DNA of 38,954 nucleotides from Escherichia phage P762. Numbering within the stretch: position 1 is the stretch's first letter; the number at the start of each line of letters is the position of its first letter. Shown here one piece after another: positions 8,589 through 19,082 of the stretch. The DNA lies in sequence record MW876471. The stretch is one strand, 5' to 3'. A model generated the notes under the pieces. That model saw only the letters and a list, made by a program, of their open reading frames with translations. It was not told the DNA's origin and did no database searches. A program made the translations under genes and the position numbers.

Positions 8589-10152
8589 CTTGAGCCATGT
8601 CCTCACCAGCTCCCTGACCTACAGCAGCACCCATGTTAGCACCAGCAGCAGACGCACCGTTGACTACAGCTCCTTGAGCGGATTGTTCAGCAATACGTTG
8701 CATCTTCTCGTCCTGAGTCAGCAGAAGACCAGCAGTGTCAATGCCTAAGGCATTCAGCAGTCGCAGCTTCAGGGTCGGCAAGTTAATGTCTGGGTCCTGA
8801 GAGAGCTGCTGGAGACCGGTCATCATGTTGACTGCCTGAGTTAGCTTCTCTAAGTCCTGACCACGGCCTAACGCTTCCAGACCAGTGGAGACAGTAGGCT
8901 CTACCGCTTCTTTTGGAAGGTCAGGAATCATGCCAGCAGACTGAAGTTGGTTCATCAGCACACGGACGATAGGTAACTGAAGCTCTTGGGATTGTACTGA
9001 GTACACACCACCTAGGGTCGCCTCCAGTTCGCCAGCAACATAACGAATCTCTTCAGCAGTGACTCGCTCGGCATTACGCTGAACAGCACTATTAAGAAGG
9101 AAGGCCCAGCCTAAACGTTGCTCGATAGCGTCAGCCACCGACTTGGCAATCGTAAAGTCCTGACCCTTCGTCAGTTGCAGGAAGTTGATGTCCTCAACGC
9201 GACCTGCAACGAACTCACCTGTAGCCGCCTTGTTTAGACGACGAGGTTGCGTGATACCGTTCGGGTTAACGAGGCCCACCACTTTGGAGGCTACCTTAGC
9301 CATTTTGGTGATAGCTTCTGTAATCGTCTCCAGCGAGTTCAGGTCTCCCAGATACTCCTCGCAGTAAGAACGACCATAGTCTTCACCATCCAGTCGAACC
9401 ATTCGTACCGGGATGTACGGACATGCAGTCAGTGGGTAGGAACCCTCGGTCCCTGCTACCTCAATGCCTTCCACTTCCTCATAACGTAGATACTCGTCGT
9501 CCTGACGGTAGATGTGCGTATACACTTCCAGCTCGGTGTCAGGCTCATAGTCGTCTGCGTTGAGTTGAGACTTCACGTCTTCCGGTAGAGCACTAAACGC
9601 TACCTTGTCGAGAGTCACAATCTGCAAGATATTACCGAAAGCATCACGTTGAACAACGTAGGACACTAAGCGGTACATTCGCATAGGACTGTAAGTACCC
9701 TGTTCAGGCTCTGGAATGTAGAGCAGACAGTTACCGGAGACGATAAGCTGCTTCAGAGCTTCGAACAATGGCACACGGAAACTGTTAGTCTCCATGTAGG
9801 CCATCAACACACGCTCGACCATAGCAAGCCCTTCGTCAACACGAGCAGCAGCCTCTGAGTCCTGACTCAAGGTCTTGGCCTCATATTCGGAGACTGTCAG
9901 TCGCATCCACGGTGACTGGGGGAATAACGCCAACATCAGCTTTGCAGCCAAGTTGTTCAAGCAGCGAGCGCCTACAGCTTGCCACGGAGTTGTGTACTCA
10001 GTAGACGAGTTGTCGGACTCCTTAGGAAACAGTGACGGGATAGTGACAGCAGCACAGTTCTGAGCGCGTGTCTCATATGGCTGTCTACCATTCTTCAGTC
10101 GGTCATAGACCGCTTTGGCTCCTTCAGCAGCGAACCCTTCACGTTCAGCCAT
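8584..10152 (-). CDS. gp8: portal (head-tail connector) protein gp8
   Basis: 522-aa ORF in the gene 8 position, size as T7 gp8 (536 aa). Confidence 0.9.
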   Translation of the reverse strand: MAEREGFAAEGAKAVYDRLKNGRQPYETRAQNCAAVTIPSLFPKESDNSSTEYTTPWQAVGARCLNNLAAKLMLALFPQSPWMRLTVSEYEAKTLSQDSEAAARVDEGLAMVERVLMAYMETNSFRVPLFEALKQLIVSGNCLLYIPEPEQGTYSPMRMYRLVSYVVQRDAFGNILQIVTLDKVAFSALPEDVKSQLNADDYEPDTELEVYTHIYRQDDEYLRYEEVEGIEVAGTEGSYPLTACPYIPVRMVRLDGEDYGRSYCEEYLGDLNSLETITEAITKMAKVASKVVGLVNPNGITQPRRLNKAATGEFVAGRVEDINFLQLTKGQDFTIAKSVADAIEQRLGWAFLLNSAVQRNAERVTAEEIRYVAGELEATLGGVYSVQSQELQLPIVRVLMNQLQSAGMIPDLPKEAVEPTVSTGLEALGRGQDLEKLTQAVNMMTGLQQLSQDPDINLPTLKLRLLNALGIDTAGLLLTQDEKMQRIAEQSAQGAVVNGASAAGANMGAAVGQGAGEDMAQA

Positions 10153-10163
10153 TCGTCACCTCC

Positions 10164-10412
10164 TTAAATAGAAATACCACCACCAGAGGTGCGAGAGACC
10201 TGAAGGCTACGCTTACCGGAACGCTTCACTTTCTTCTCGTCAGATGCGGTTGTTTCAGTATCCACATCTTCCACTTTGTCGTTCGGCACTTCTACTGGTG
10301 CAGCTGGGGTTTGAGCCTCAACAACTTTAGGTGCATCATTGGCTCCAAGACCAACTGTACCTAACGCACCTTTTACTACTTTCTTGAAAGCCTTACTGAT
10401 TGATTTACCCAC
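10164..10412 (-). CDS. gp7.3: tail assembly protein gp7.3
   Basis: 82-aa ORF starting MGK, Ala/Val/Lys-rich, ending RTSGGGISI as in T7 gp7.3 (..SSGGGINI). Confidence 0.8.
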   Translation of the reverse strand: MGKSISKAFKKVVKGALGTVGLGANDAPKVVEAQTPAAPVEVPNDKVEDVDTETTASDEKKVKRSGKRSLQVSRTSGGGISI

Positions 10413-10809
10413 GGTTAATCTCCTTAGTTGTTACGATGTCTACCGACCCAGAAACATGCTTGACACGAGAATACCAGCCAAGACCCCAACGCTTGCACTC
10501 TTCGTTTACGATGTGCCTGACAGTCTCAAGAACCTTGCGGGAGGACTGCGAGTCACGACGAATAGCGACGATTGAAAGGTCAAGACCGGGAGTCGGTCGG
10601 TGCCAAGATGCGGTAGCCAGCATGTATAGATACGCTACTGGTTGACCTGAGACATCGTAGATTGTGTATTCTTCACCGTCGAACTCGTCAGCCATACGGT
10701 AAGTATGAGCCTTGAAGTCCTCGAATGACTTGAAGTTAGACTGCCCGTCTTCCCAGAGGCGACAAGCGCACATGTGGCGACCTTCGCGTGAGTTGAGATA
10801 TGGTAGCAT
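10405..10809 (-). CDS. gp7-position protein (virion/host-range protein)
   Basis: 134-aa ORF in the gene 7 position; size matches T7 gp7 (133 aa); positional call. Confidence 0.65.
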   Translation of the reverse strand: MLPYLNSREGRHMCACRLWEDGQSNFKSFEDFKAHTYRMADEFDGEEYTIYDVSGQPVAYLYMLATASWHRPTPGLDLSIVAIRRDSQSSRKVLETVRHIVNEECKRWGLGWYSRVKHVSGSVDIVTTKEINRG

Positions 10810-10813
10810 TGTC

Positions 10814-11038
10814 TTACCCCATGTTGACGCCAGAGGCTCGCATAGCGCGACTCACTGACGATTTATCTTTAGGTGTAGACTCCTTCTTGACCTTCAGGTC
10901 TTTGATACCTTTGGTCTCGTTGGTGTCCACATCCGATTCAGCCCCGATGTCAACTGACGCAACTTCCTCACTCAGAGGTGCTGGTTCAGGTGCTTGGACC
11001 GAAGGCTTCGGAGTGCTAATCTTTGGACTGAAACACAT
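10814..11038 (-). CDS. gp6.7: gp6.7 small virion protein
   Basis: 74-aa ORF beginning MCFSPKI..PEPAPL as T7 gp6.7. Confidence 0.8.
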   Translation of the reverse strand: MCFSPKISTPKPSVQAPEPAPLSEEVASVDIGAESDVDTNETKGIKDLKVKKESTPKDKSSVSRAMRASGVNMG

Positions 11039-11052
11039 AGTCCCTCCTACAG

Positions 11053-11325
11053 TTAATCGAACTGAACGGTATCTTTCAGCTCACGACGCATAGCAACCGC
11101 AGAGTCGAGAGTGTCAGAACAATACTGGAGACCCTTGATGAACCCGGCAATGAACGCATCGCTGTAGCCCTGCTGCTTGAGGAGACTGATAGCTCCCATC
11201 TTCTCAGCGTAGCTTGCGTTGAACAATACGTGCAGGAACTGGATGGCAGACTGGGAGATGTTCGGGACATCAAGTCTTTCTTCCTGTAACTGCTTAACAA
11301 CGTTTTCAATAGCATTAATAGCCAT
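11053..11325 (-). CDS. gp6.5: gp6.5
   Basis: 90-aa ORF downstream of the phi6.5-position promoter; MAI.AIE..VK and NASYAE blocks resemble T7 gp6.5. Confidence 0.7.
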   Translation of the reverse strand: MAINAIENVVKQLQEERLDVPNISQSAIQFLHVLFNASYAEKMGAISLLKQQGYSDAFIAGFIKGLQYCSDTLDSAVAMRRELKDTVQFD

Positions 11326-11386
11326 CTTGAATCTCCTCTTTAAGTTAAGACTAAAGTCTATCTTATAGTCATATCTTAGGTCCTAA

Positions 11387-11409
11387 AGTCCCTATAGTGA
11401 TAGTTTAGT
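11387..11409 (-). promoter_or_regulatory. phage RNAP promoter (phi6.5 position)
   Basis: plus-strand gtccctatagtgatagtttag. Confidence 0.8.
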
Positions 11410-11535
11410 GTTTCACCTATGGATGACTGTTGGATTGATAGGATATGACTATCGGTTAGACTCAGTGTTTAGGGCGGTTGTTCGACCCGAACCACTTGTA
11501 CATGCAGTAAAGGGCCAGAAGTCCGGCCCAGTAAA

Positions 11536-12402
11536 TTACATGGATGGTGTCCACAGGATGACCTCCTTGGACTTAGGGTCGTAGTCGGAGGCTCGACAAA
11601 TACGAGCGACCTGAGCTTGGACCAGAAGTTCCTCCTCGGTCATCCCAGCTTTAGCAGCCAGAGTCACCATGCAGTCCCACAGCGTCATGTCTTCACGCTT
11701 CGGATACTTCTTCCACTCAGTCTTAATCTGGCCTTTGTTCTTGCCAGTCTTAAGCTCACGGCTCTCCTGCACGAAGTAGTACGGCTCGTCAAGGAACGCA
11801 CGAGTGGTGTCCTCACCCATCCCCGGAATACCACCGTAGCCATCTGTAGTGTCACCCTTGATGGTCTGCTCCATGTGCCAGTAGTCTGCCTCAGCAGTCG
11901 TATGACTCAGGATTTCACCAGTGGTTAACCAGAAGAACTCACAGTTCGGGATTGTCTTGAAGTCCTTATCACAGGACACAAGAACCGCATGGTCGCATCC
12001 GACAATCTGAGGTCGGGTCCCGATGATACCCATACAGTCATCACCCTCAAGCGTAGGACGCAGGAAGCTGTTGAACCGTGGGTCAGCCATCACTTCGGCT
12101 ACGAACTTCTTGTAACCTACGGGCTTGCGAGAACCTTTACGGTTGGCCTTATAAGTAGGAAGAACGTCCTTACGCCAGTTATTATCGTCAGTAAAGCACA
12201 TCACAATCTTAGCGTCTTTCCACGCCTTACGCTTCTTAATGATTTCAGCGATGGTGTTCTCAAGGATACGACGAGCCTTGGCATGGTCGCATATAAGGGT
12301 CCAGATGTCATCACCCCAGTCTGTCTCGTCCTCGGCAGCAGCCATAGACGAAAACACTAAGTAGTCACCATCCAGAACCAGAGCTATTTTCTTCTCTGAC
12401 AT
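11536..12402 (-). CDS. gp6: 5'-3' exonuclease gp6
   Basis: 288-aa ORF; CDHAKAR, NWRK, YKANRK, DKDFKTIPNC, TIKGD.TDGY, GKNKGQ, LWDC blocks match T7 gene 6 exonuclease. Confidence 0.92.
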   Translation of the reverse strand: MSEKKIALVLDGDYLVFSSMAAAEDETDWGDDIWTLICDHAKARRILENTIAEIIKKRKAWKDAKIVMCFTDDNNWRKDVLPTYKANRKGSRKPVGYKKFVAEVMADPRFNSFLRPTLEGDDCMGIIGTRPQIVGCDHAVLVSCDKDFKTIPNCEFFWLTTGEILSHTTAEADYWHMEQTIKGDTTDGYGGIPGMGEDTTRAFLDEPYYFVQESRELKTGKNKGQIKTEWKKYPKREDMTLWDCMVTLAAKAGMTEEELLVQAQVARICRASDYDPKSKEVILWTPSM

Positions 12403-12620
12403 TATGCCTCCTCAACGATGCAAACTGAAGCGAAGGCACGTACCGTTTCGACTTCCTCGGTCATTCCCTTCCAGCGGATATACGTCTCGTGTTTGATGGC
12501 TACCGTCTTTGGCATTACCCGGACTACTTTGCCTATACACATAGCGTATGACTTACCAGCTAGGCAGAAAGCAACCTTTTGCCCTACCTTAAGTTCTCGG
12601 CCTGATACGTCTTGACTCAT
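12402..12620 (-). CDS. hypothetical small protein in the gene 5.9 position
   Basis: 72-aa reading from internal ATG (MSQDVSGRELKVGQKV...) overlapping gp5.7 stop; does not resemble the acidic T7 gp5.9 as recalled. Confidence 0.55.
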   Translation of the reverse strand: MSQDVSGRELKVGQKVAFCLAGKSYAMCIGKVVRVMPKTVAIKHETYIRWKGMTEEVETVRAFASVCIVEEA

Positions 12621-12835
12621 AGACAGCCTCCGTGTTGGTTCAGGAACTTGGTGCCAGCAACGGTAATCTCCCACGCACCGTTGTTACGCCCGTCCATAGA
12701 CAGGCAGCTTAGATGTCCACGACTCGCAGCCTCAGCCACAAGTGCAGCGTTGTTGCGCACATAGTTGGACTGAAAGGTCTTCGGGCAGGACTTAAGGGCC
12801 GCTAGGACCCGTAAGTATTCACTCATCGTTCGCAC
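12617..12835 (-). CDS. gp5.7: gp5.7-like protein
   Basis: SCPKTFQSNYVRNNAALVAEAASRGHLSCL...GAWEIT block matches T7 gp5.7. Confidence 0.8.
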   Translation of the reverse strand: MRTMSEYLRVLAALKSCPKTFQSNYVRNNAALVAEAASRGHLSCLSMDGRNNGAWEITVAGTKFLNQHGGCL

Positions 12836-13113
12836 TCCACCCGGAAGTTGCCAAATCTCGGCTGGTTAGAGTAGGTGCTCAGGTCTTCTTTCAGACCGTC
12901 GACGATGGCTTTCTTGAGGACAAGTTCGACTACAGCTTCCAGACCTTCAGTCACGCCAACCTCTACCATCTTACGCTCAAAACCAGTGGTCTTCTCTCCG
13001 TTGAGGACCTTACGGCTCAGCTCGCAAAGGTCCTTCTTGCAGTAATCCACTTCTTCAGTGGACAGCACAACACCTAGCGAGAACGAAACTCGCATACGTT
13101 TGGTCATAGCCAT
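12823..13113 (-). CDS. gp5.5: gp5.5-like protein (H-NS-binding family)
   Basis: starts MAMTKRMRVSF as T7 gp5.5 (MAMTKKFKVSF); ATG overlaps DNA polymerase stop (TAATG). Confidence 0.8.
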   Translation of the reverse strand: MAMTKRMRVSFSLGVVLSTEEVDYCKKDLCELSRKVLNGEKTTGFERKMVEVGVTEGLEAVVELVLKKAIVDGLKEDLSTYSNQPRFGNFRVECER

Positions 13114-15284
13114 TAGTGACACTCCTTCCACGTTGGTCCAATCTTACCTTCGGTATCAAGGACACATTTAAAGTTATAGAACTCACCCACCTTACGCATA
13201 GCAAGTTGAGCAATCTTGACGACTTCTTCGGCAATCTCCTGAGTACGACACGCAATCTGCAATTCGTCATGCACCCAAGCCATGTACGCAAAGTCACCTT
13301 CCCAGCCGTGAACATACCCGGCCTCTTCAAGCATACGTTCAGTCTCGACAATCCAGTGCTTACAGACTACCGCACCATCGCCTTGAAGTAAGGCGTTCAG
13401 TGCTGAGTGCGGCGACCGGATGTGGATACGGCGACCATCAAGTCCACGTAACCAACGGCGTTTCCACTTGACGATGTTCTCTCCATCCACCCACTTAGAG
13501 TCTGAGATTAACGTATTACTCACAGCTTCCCTTAGGTCTTTGATGGCTGGTGTACCCTCAATGAATTTCTTCATGAGAGCTGACCCTTCCTTCTTACCAC
13601 CGCCTACTATCAGTCCAATCTTAGCTGCCCCTGCACCATACAGGAACGCATAGATGAACGTCTTAGCGTTGTTACGGAAAGCATCATGGTCGTGGTTCGA
13701 CTTATCGCGGGGGACGTTAGGTGCTAACCCAGCGTTTACTGCGTTGGCCCAGTGGATGTCACCTTCGACCACAGTCTTCGCATAGGCACCACCATCAAAC
13801 GGAGCCGCTCGGTTCCCCAGACAACGAAGCTCAAGACCTGAGGCATCCACACCCACTTGAATCCAAGGGTCTGGCTTACCATCCGTCTTGTTCCAAGCTG
13901 CACCGAAAGCACCACGGCAAATCTCGCCATATGGAGCACCGTTAGCCGGGACTTGAGCCATGTTTGGTGAACTATGGGTCGCACGTCCGGTTACTGCACC
14001 GCATGGGTTGATTGAACCGTGCATACGTCCGTCTGGACCTACAAGTTTCAACCATGCGTTCTTACCTTCAGCCGCCTGACCGATTCGCTTCTGGACTACC
14101 AGATACTCACGAACCAGCTCTACGCAAGCCTGAGCCTCTGCGTCTGGCAACTTAACGTGTTCTAACGTCTCGTCATCGACTACAGGTTTCCCGGTGTCAG
14201 TGAAGTCCACAGGCTCCCAGCCACGCTCCATCAATACTTTCGCTAAGTGGTCTCCGCTTCCCGGATTAAACTCAACGTAAGTGATAGGTGTGAACGGTGC
14301 TCCCTCCATCGTGTCTCGTGAGTCGAACTCGCAAGGCTCCAGACCTAAGCGTTGAGCTTTGTTCTTCGGCTTCTTAAAGATGCCACCGACCTTAGGATAC
14401 ACGACTCGCGGATACTTCGGAAGGTCCTTGCCTGTCCGTGGGTGCTTGAAGAACTCCTTGCCTCCATTTGGTGCGTACCAGCTACCGAAAGTCGAACGCA
14501 GCTTGTCCAGCAGCTCTGCACGTTTGACGGTGAGTTCACGATATAAGCCTTCGACCATCTCGGTGTTCATCGGATAGCCGTTACGTTCCATCTTCGCACA
14601 GGTCCACGCAGCATCATGTTCCAGACGCAACGCATAAATCTGGTCGAAAGCGAACTGTTCAGACTGGAAGTAATACTTGTCATTCAGGAACTTCTTGAAC
14701 AACGCCAGTGTGACCACAACGTCTTGAACGTTATAGTCCAGCATCTCCTGAGACGGGAACAACCATTCGTCCCCAGCCTTATATTCGATACCTTCAGCCT
14801 TGCACTTGGCAACGTAATCGTGTTTGTACTCACCTTTCATCTCACCGAGACGATAACCCCAAGCCTCAAGAGACTGACGTCCCATCATAATAGGTGGCAG
14901 ACGACCAGCTTTCACTGCGCCCATGTCTGAGAACTTAATGTTTGGATACATCAAGCGGCCCAGCACCAAGGTATCAATCATCTTGTGTTTCGGGAAGTTA
15001 AAGCGTTTCCCAAAGTACAGACGCTTCAGCTTGTCAATAGCCGGGACGTCATAGTTGATACCGTTGTGGAATACCAGAATACCATCAGGTGATGCGGCAA
15101 TCTCTTCCACCTTCTGCACATACTCTTTGAAGCCGCCGACGATACCGACCATCGGAGCTACCCCATACTTAAGGGTCTCATTCGACTCGGCGTTAATCAG
15201 GACCCCACAGTGAAACTGGGAGACTGTATCAAGGAGACCGTTGGTCTCGATGTCAGAACCCCAGATACTCTTAAGGTCAAACAT
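13113..15284 (-). CDS. gp5: DNA polymerase gp5
   Basis: long blocks identical to T7 gp5 (HNGxxYDVPA, LEAWGYRLGEMKGEYK, YNVQDVVVT, KYPRxxxPKVGGIFKKPKNKAQR, GAVTGRATH, AKTFIYxFLYGAG, YMAWVHDE); start set at internal ATG MFDLKSIWGSDIETN with GGAGGA SD, not the track start at 15320. Confidence 0.97.
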   Translation of the reverse strand: MFDLKSIWGSDIETNGLLDTVSQFHCGVLINAESNETLKYGVAPMVGIVGGFKEYVQKVEEIAASPDGILVFHNGINYDVPAIDKLKRLYFGKRFNFPKHKMIDTLVLGRLMYPNIKFSDMGAVKAGRLPPIMMGRQSLEAWGYRLGEMKGEYKHDYVAKCKAEGIEYKAGDEWLFPSQEMLDYNVQDVVVTLALFKKFLNDKYYFQSEQFAFDQIYALRLEHDAAWTCAKMERNGYPMNTEMVEGLYRELTVKRAELLDKLRSTFGSWYAPNGGKEFFKHPRTGKDLPKYPRVVYPKVGGIFKKPKNKAQRLGLEPCEFDSRDTMEGAPFTPITYVEFNPGSGDHLAKVLMERGWEPVDFTDTGKPVVDDETLEHVKLPDAEAQACVELVREYLVVQKRIGQAAEGKNAWLKLVGPDGRMHGSINPCGAVTGRATHSSPNMAQVPANGAPYGEICRGAFGAAWNKTDGKPDPWIQVGVDASGLELRCLGNRAAPFDGGAYAKTVVEGDIHWANAVNAGLAPNVPRDKSNHDHDAFRNNAKTFIYAFLYGAGAAKIGLIVGGGKKEGSALMKKFIEGTPAIKDLREAVSNTLISDSKWVDGENIVKWKRRWLRGLDGRRIHIRSPHSALNALLQGDGAVVCKHWIVETERMLEEAGYVHGWEGDFAYMAWVHDELQIACRTQEIAEEVVKIAQLAMRKVGEFYNFKCVLDTEGKIGPTWKECH

Positions 15285-15304
15285 GGTTAATCCTCCGTTT
15301 AGTC

Positions 15305-15345
15305 TAATCATAAAGGCCACTCGATGTGAATGACCTTGAGTCTAG
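15305..15345 (-). promoter_or_regulatory. conserved hairpin, candidate RNase III site (R4.7 position)
   Basis: RNA CUAGACUCAAGGUCAU-loop-GUGGCCUUUAUGAUUAG; 8-bp stem AAGGUCAU/GUGGCCUU; same motif at 22301..22345 and 31831..31872. Confidence 0.5.
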
Positions 15346-15347
15346 AC

Positions 15348-15509
15348 CTAGAAGTCTGTACGCAAGAAGTGATACATAAACTTCCGGTTAGCTTTCTTCC
15401 ATGCCTTAGAGTCGAACCTTTGGTCTCCCAGAATGTTGGACAGGCAGGTTGCTTCATCGCTCCACCATTTGTACATGAACCGATGGTAGCGAGCTTTAAG
15501 TTTTCTTAG
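15348..15509 (-). CDS. small basic protein between genes 4 and 5
   Basis: TTG start with GGAGG SD right after the gp4 stop (about 54 aa, [16 protein letters not shown]...); start and reality uncertain. Confidence 0.35.
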   Translation of the reverse strand, partial: LRKLKARYHRFMYKWWSDEATCLSNILGDQRFDSKAWKKANRKFMYHFLRTDF

Positions 15510-15523
15510 CAATGTACTCCTCC

Positions 15524-17227
<1,704 letters not shown>

Positions 17228-17404
17228 TCACTCCTTAGTAAACTTTAGGTGATACAGAATGGCGTATTCCTCCATAATAGCAAGTACAGCAGCGCGTTGA
17301 TTAGCATCAGGTACTTCCCGCTTTAGTCTCTCTTTGAGTTTAGACCTTCGGTTCTTCCCAGTATTACCAACGTAATACCTCATGTGTCTTGGCACACCAT
17401 CCAT
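17228..17404 (-). CDS. hypothetical small protein upstream of gene 4
   Basis: 58-aa ORF (MDGVPRHMRYYVGNTGKNRRSK...) between a variant promoter and gp4; below the track cut-off. Confidence 0.45.
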   Translation of the reverse strand: MDGVPRHMRYYVGNTGKNRRSKLKERLKREVPDANQRAAVLAIMEEYAILYHLKFTKE

Positions 17405-17454
17405 TGGTCACTCCTTAATTACGAATGCGAACAAAGGGACAGGACTCATGGTCC

Positions 17455-17477
17455 CATCCCTAAGGTGATAGTTTAGG
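17455..17477 (-). promoter_or_regulatory. variant phage-promoter-like sequence
   Basis: plus-strand atccctaaggtgatagtttag: consensus with two changes in the TATA element (ctaaggtg vs ctatagtg); flanked by a GGGAC...GTCCC inverted repeat. Confidence 0.4.
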
Positions 17478-17688
17478 CTTTGAAGAACTGAGCCAACTGG
17501 TCAGCTTTGGTGTCAGCTTGACGTGCCTTCATGCCAGCTTCCAGTGACGCGATGGTCAGTTTGTCAGCCAGAGCAGCAGCATCAGCCGCACCGTCAGCAG
17601 TCTTCGCTGCTACCTTTCGTTCCATAACCGCAGCACGACGATAACCACGCACCACCAGACGACCAAGAAATTCGATAAGTTTAATCAT
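17473..17688 (-). CDS. hypothetical small Ala-rich helical protein
   Basis: 71-aa ORF between lysozyme and primase genes. Confidence 0.55.
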   Translation of the reverse strand: MIKLIEFLGRLVVRGYRRAAVMERKVAAKTADGAADAAALADKLTIASLEAGMKARQADTKADQLAQFFKA

Positions 17689-17711
17689 TTAGTGTTCTCC
17701 TTTAGAGTTTA

Positions 17712-18170
17712 TTAACCACGGTCGGAAGTGACCAGTTCATTGGTAGATAGCCAGCGTTGCAAGTCGAAACTTGGACACGCCTTAGGTGCTACGTCATGGT
17801 GTGCTTTGATTTCTGCCTGAGGATACAGGACCTTCAGGTCAGCCAGCTTGTTGCGCAGGGAGTTCATCTGGGCTGGAGTGAAGTTAGCTTCAAACTGACC
17901 CTTAGCGTTGATTCCACCTACAAGGCAGACGCCTACGGACTTGGAGTTCCAGTCCTTAACGTGTGACCCTACGACATTGACCGGGCGACCCTCTTCCACA
18001 GTGCCATCGCGCTTGATGATAAAGTGGTAGCCTACGTCCAGCCAGCCTTGCTGCTTGTGCCACATACGGATGGTCTCTACCCCAATGTCCATCTCTGGCT
18101 TGGTAGCCGAACAGTGAACGAAGATAGCGTCAGTACGTGACCGTGGGTTGAACTGAACCTTACTTACCAT
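17712..18170 (-). CDS. gp3.5: lysozyme / N-acetylmuramoyl-L-alanine amidase gp3.5 (also RNAP inhibitor in T7)
   Basis: 152 aa; DAIFVHCSAT, WLDVGYHFIIKRDGTVE, VGVCLVGGI, ANFTPAQM, AHHDVAPKACPSFDL, NELVTSDRG blocks identical to T7 lysozyme. Confidence 0.97.
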   Translation of the reverse strand: MVSKVQFNPRSRTDAIFVHCSATKPEMDIGVETIRMWHKQQGWLDVGYHFIIKRDGTVEEGRPVNVVGSHVKDWNSKSVGVCLVGGINAKGQFEANFTPAQMNSLRNKLADLKVLYPQAEIKAHHDVAPKACPSFDLQRWLSTNELVTSDRG

Positions 18171-18630
18171 TGTACACCACCAGCTCTACTACGACCAGAT
18201 TCAGATGTGACTGGAAGCGCTGTGCGTCAGTCGTGTGCATCTGGAGCAACTTGTGGTTGAAGACGTGAGAGTTGCTAATCTTCACGTACACTTCGTCAGG
18301 CTTACCGTGGACGATGAACGTCTGGCCTACACCAATCTTGTTGATGGTCAGGACTTCACGTTTAACGGTGACAGGAGGGACGCTTGAGGCTGGCAGGACT
18401 TGAGGTTTATCCTCTACGATTTCCTCAAGATGTCCTTTTAAAACCCACGCCCCCCACATACCGTCAGGCTGAGTGTCATAACCTGCTGCTCCGTGTTTGT
18501 AGGCTCCACGCTCAGTGGATTCCACCAGAACAAGTCCAGGTGATGGTGCAGGGTCTTTCGCACATTTCGTAACGATAGTACCTTTAGGCCACCCGTAGCC
18601 ACTAACCTTAAGTCTATATTTCTTGCTCAT
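18160..18630 (-). CDS. hypothetical protein (156 aa) inserted between endonuclease I and lysozyme
   Basis: AAGGAG SD; ATG overlaps gp3 stop (TAATG), end overlaps gp3.5 start; no T7 counterpart at this position. Confidence 0.75.
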   Translation of the reverse strand: MSKKYRLKVSGYGWPKGTIVTKCAKDPAPSPGLVLVESTERGAYKHGAAGYDTQPDGMWGAWVLKGHLEEIVEDKPQVLPASSVPPVTVKREVLTINKIGVGQTFIVHGKPDEVYVKISNSHVFNHKLLQMHTTDAQRFQSHLNLVVVELVVYNGK

Positions 18631-19082
18631 TACTTAACTCCTTTCTTCTTGGGAATGAGTATGCCTGAAGGCAGACGTACAGTCGCCTCTCGCAGCCACT
18701 CAACCGGGATGAACTTGTCGGCAAACTTAAAGCCGTTCTTTTCGCACCATGCGCCATACGTGGTCGGAGACCCTTTGTATAACTTTGAGCGGGAACTTGA
18801 GAACACGAACCGGATGTCTAACTCTGGGTGCTGTTCTCGTACCAGAAGGTGCTTCTTACGGTCATCACTATCGAAGATACCTTTGGTCTCTACGATGATA
18901 CCGTTAGGAAGGATAAAATCTGGTGTGTACTTGTGGTCGGAAGCCGGAATCACATAGTTGATATAATGGCTTTCGTACTCCGCTTTGACGCCGTTCTGTT
19001 CCAGCCACTGCTGGTTCTTGGCTTCAAGTCCAGAGCGGTAGGCACCCACAGAGTGCCCCCGTTTTGCAGACCATTGGGCCAT
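18630..19082 (-). CDS. gp3: endonuclease I (Holliday junction resolvase) gp3
   Basis: 150 aa; YVIPAS, YTPDF.LPNGI.VETKG, SDDRKKHLL.REQHPELDIR.VFSSSR.KLYKGSPT.YG, KFADK.IP blocks match T7 gp3. Confidence 0.95.
   Translation of the reverse strand: MAQWSAKRGHSVGAYRSGLEAKNQQWLEQNGVKAEYESHYINYVIPASDHKYTPDFILPNGIIVETKGIFDSDDRKKHLLVREQHPELDIRFVFSSSRSKLYKGSPTTYGAWCEKNGFKFADKFIPVEWLREATVRLPSGILIPKKKGVK

Noticed and set aside
13113-15320. Track start of DNA polymerase at 15320 (MAFMIRLNGG...) and nested ORF 13055..13351
   Set aside because: Internal ATG at ~15284 has a GGAGGA SD and aligns with the T7 gp5 N-terminus; the nested ORF overlaps gp5/gp5.5 out of frame
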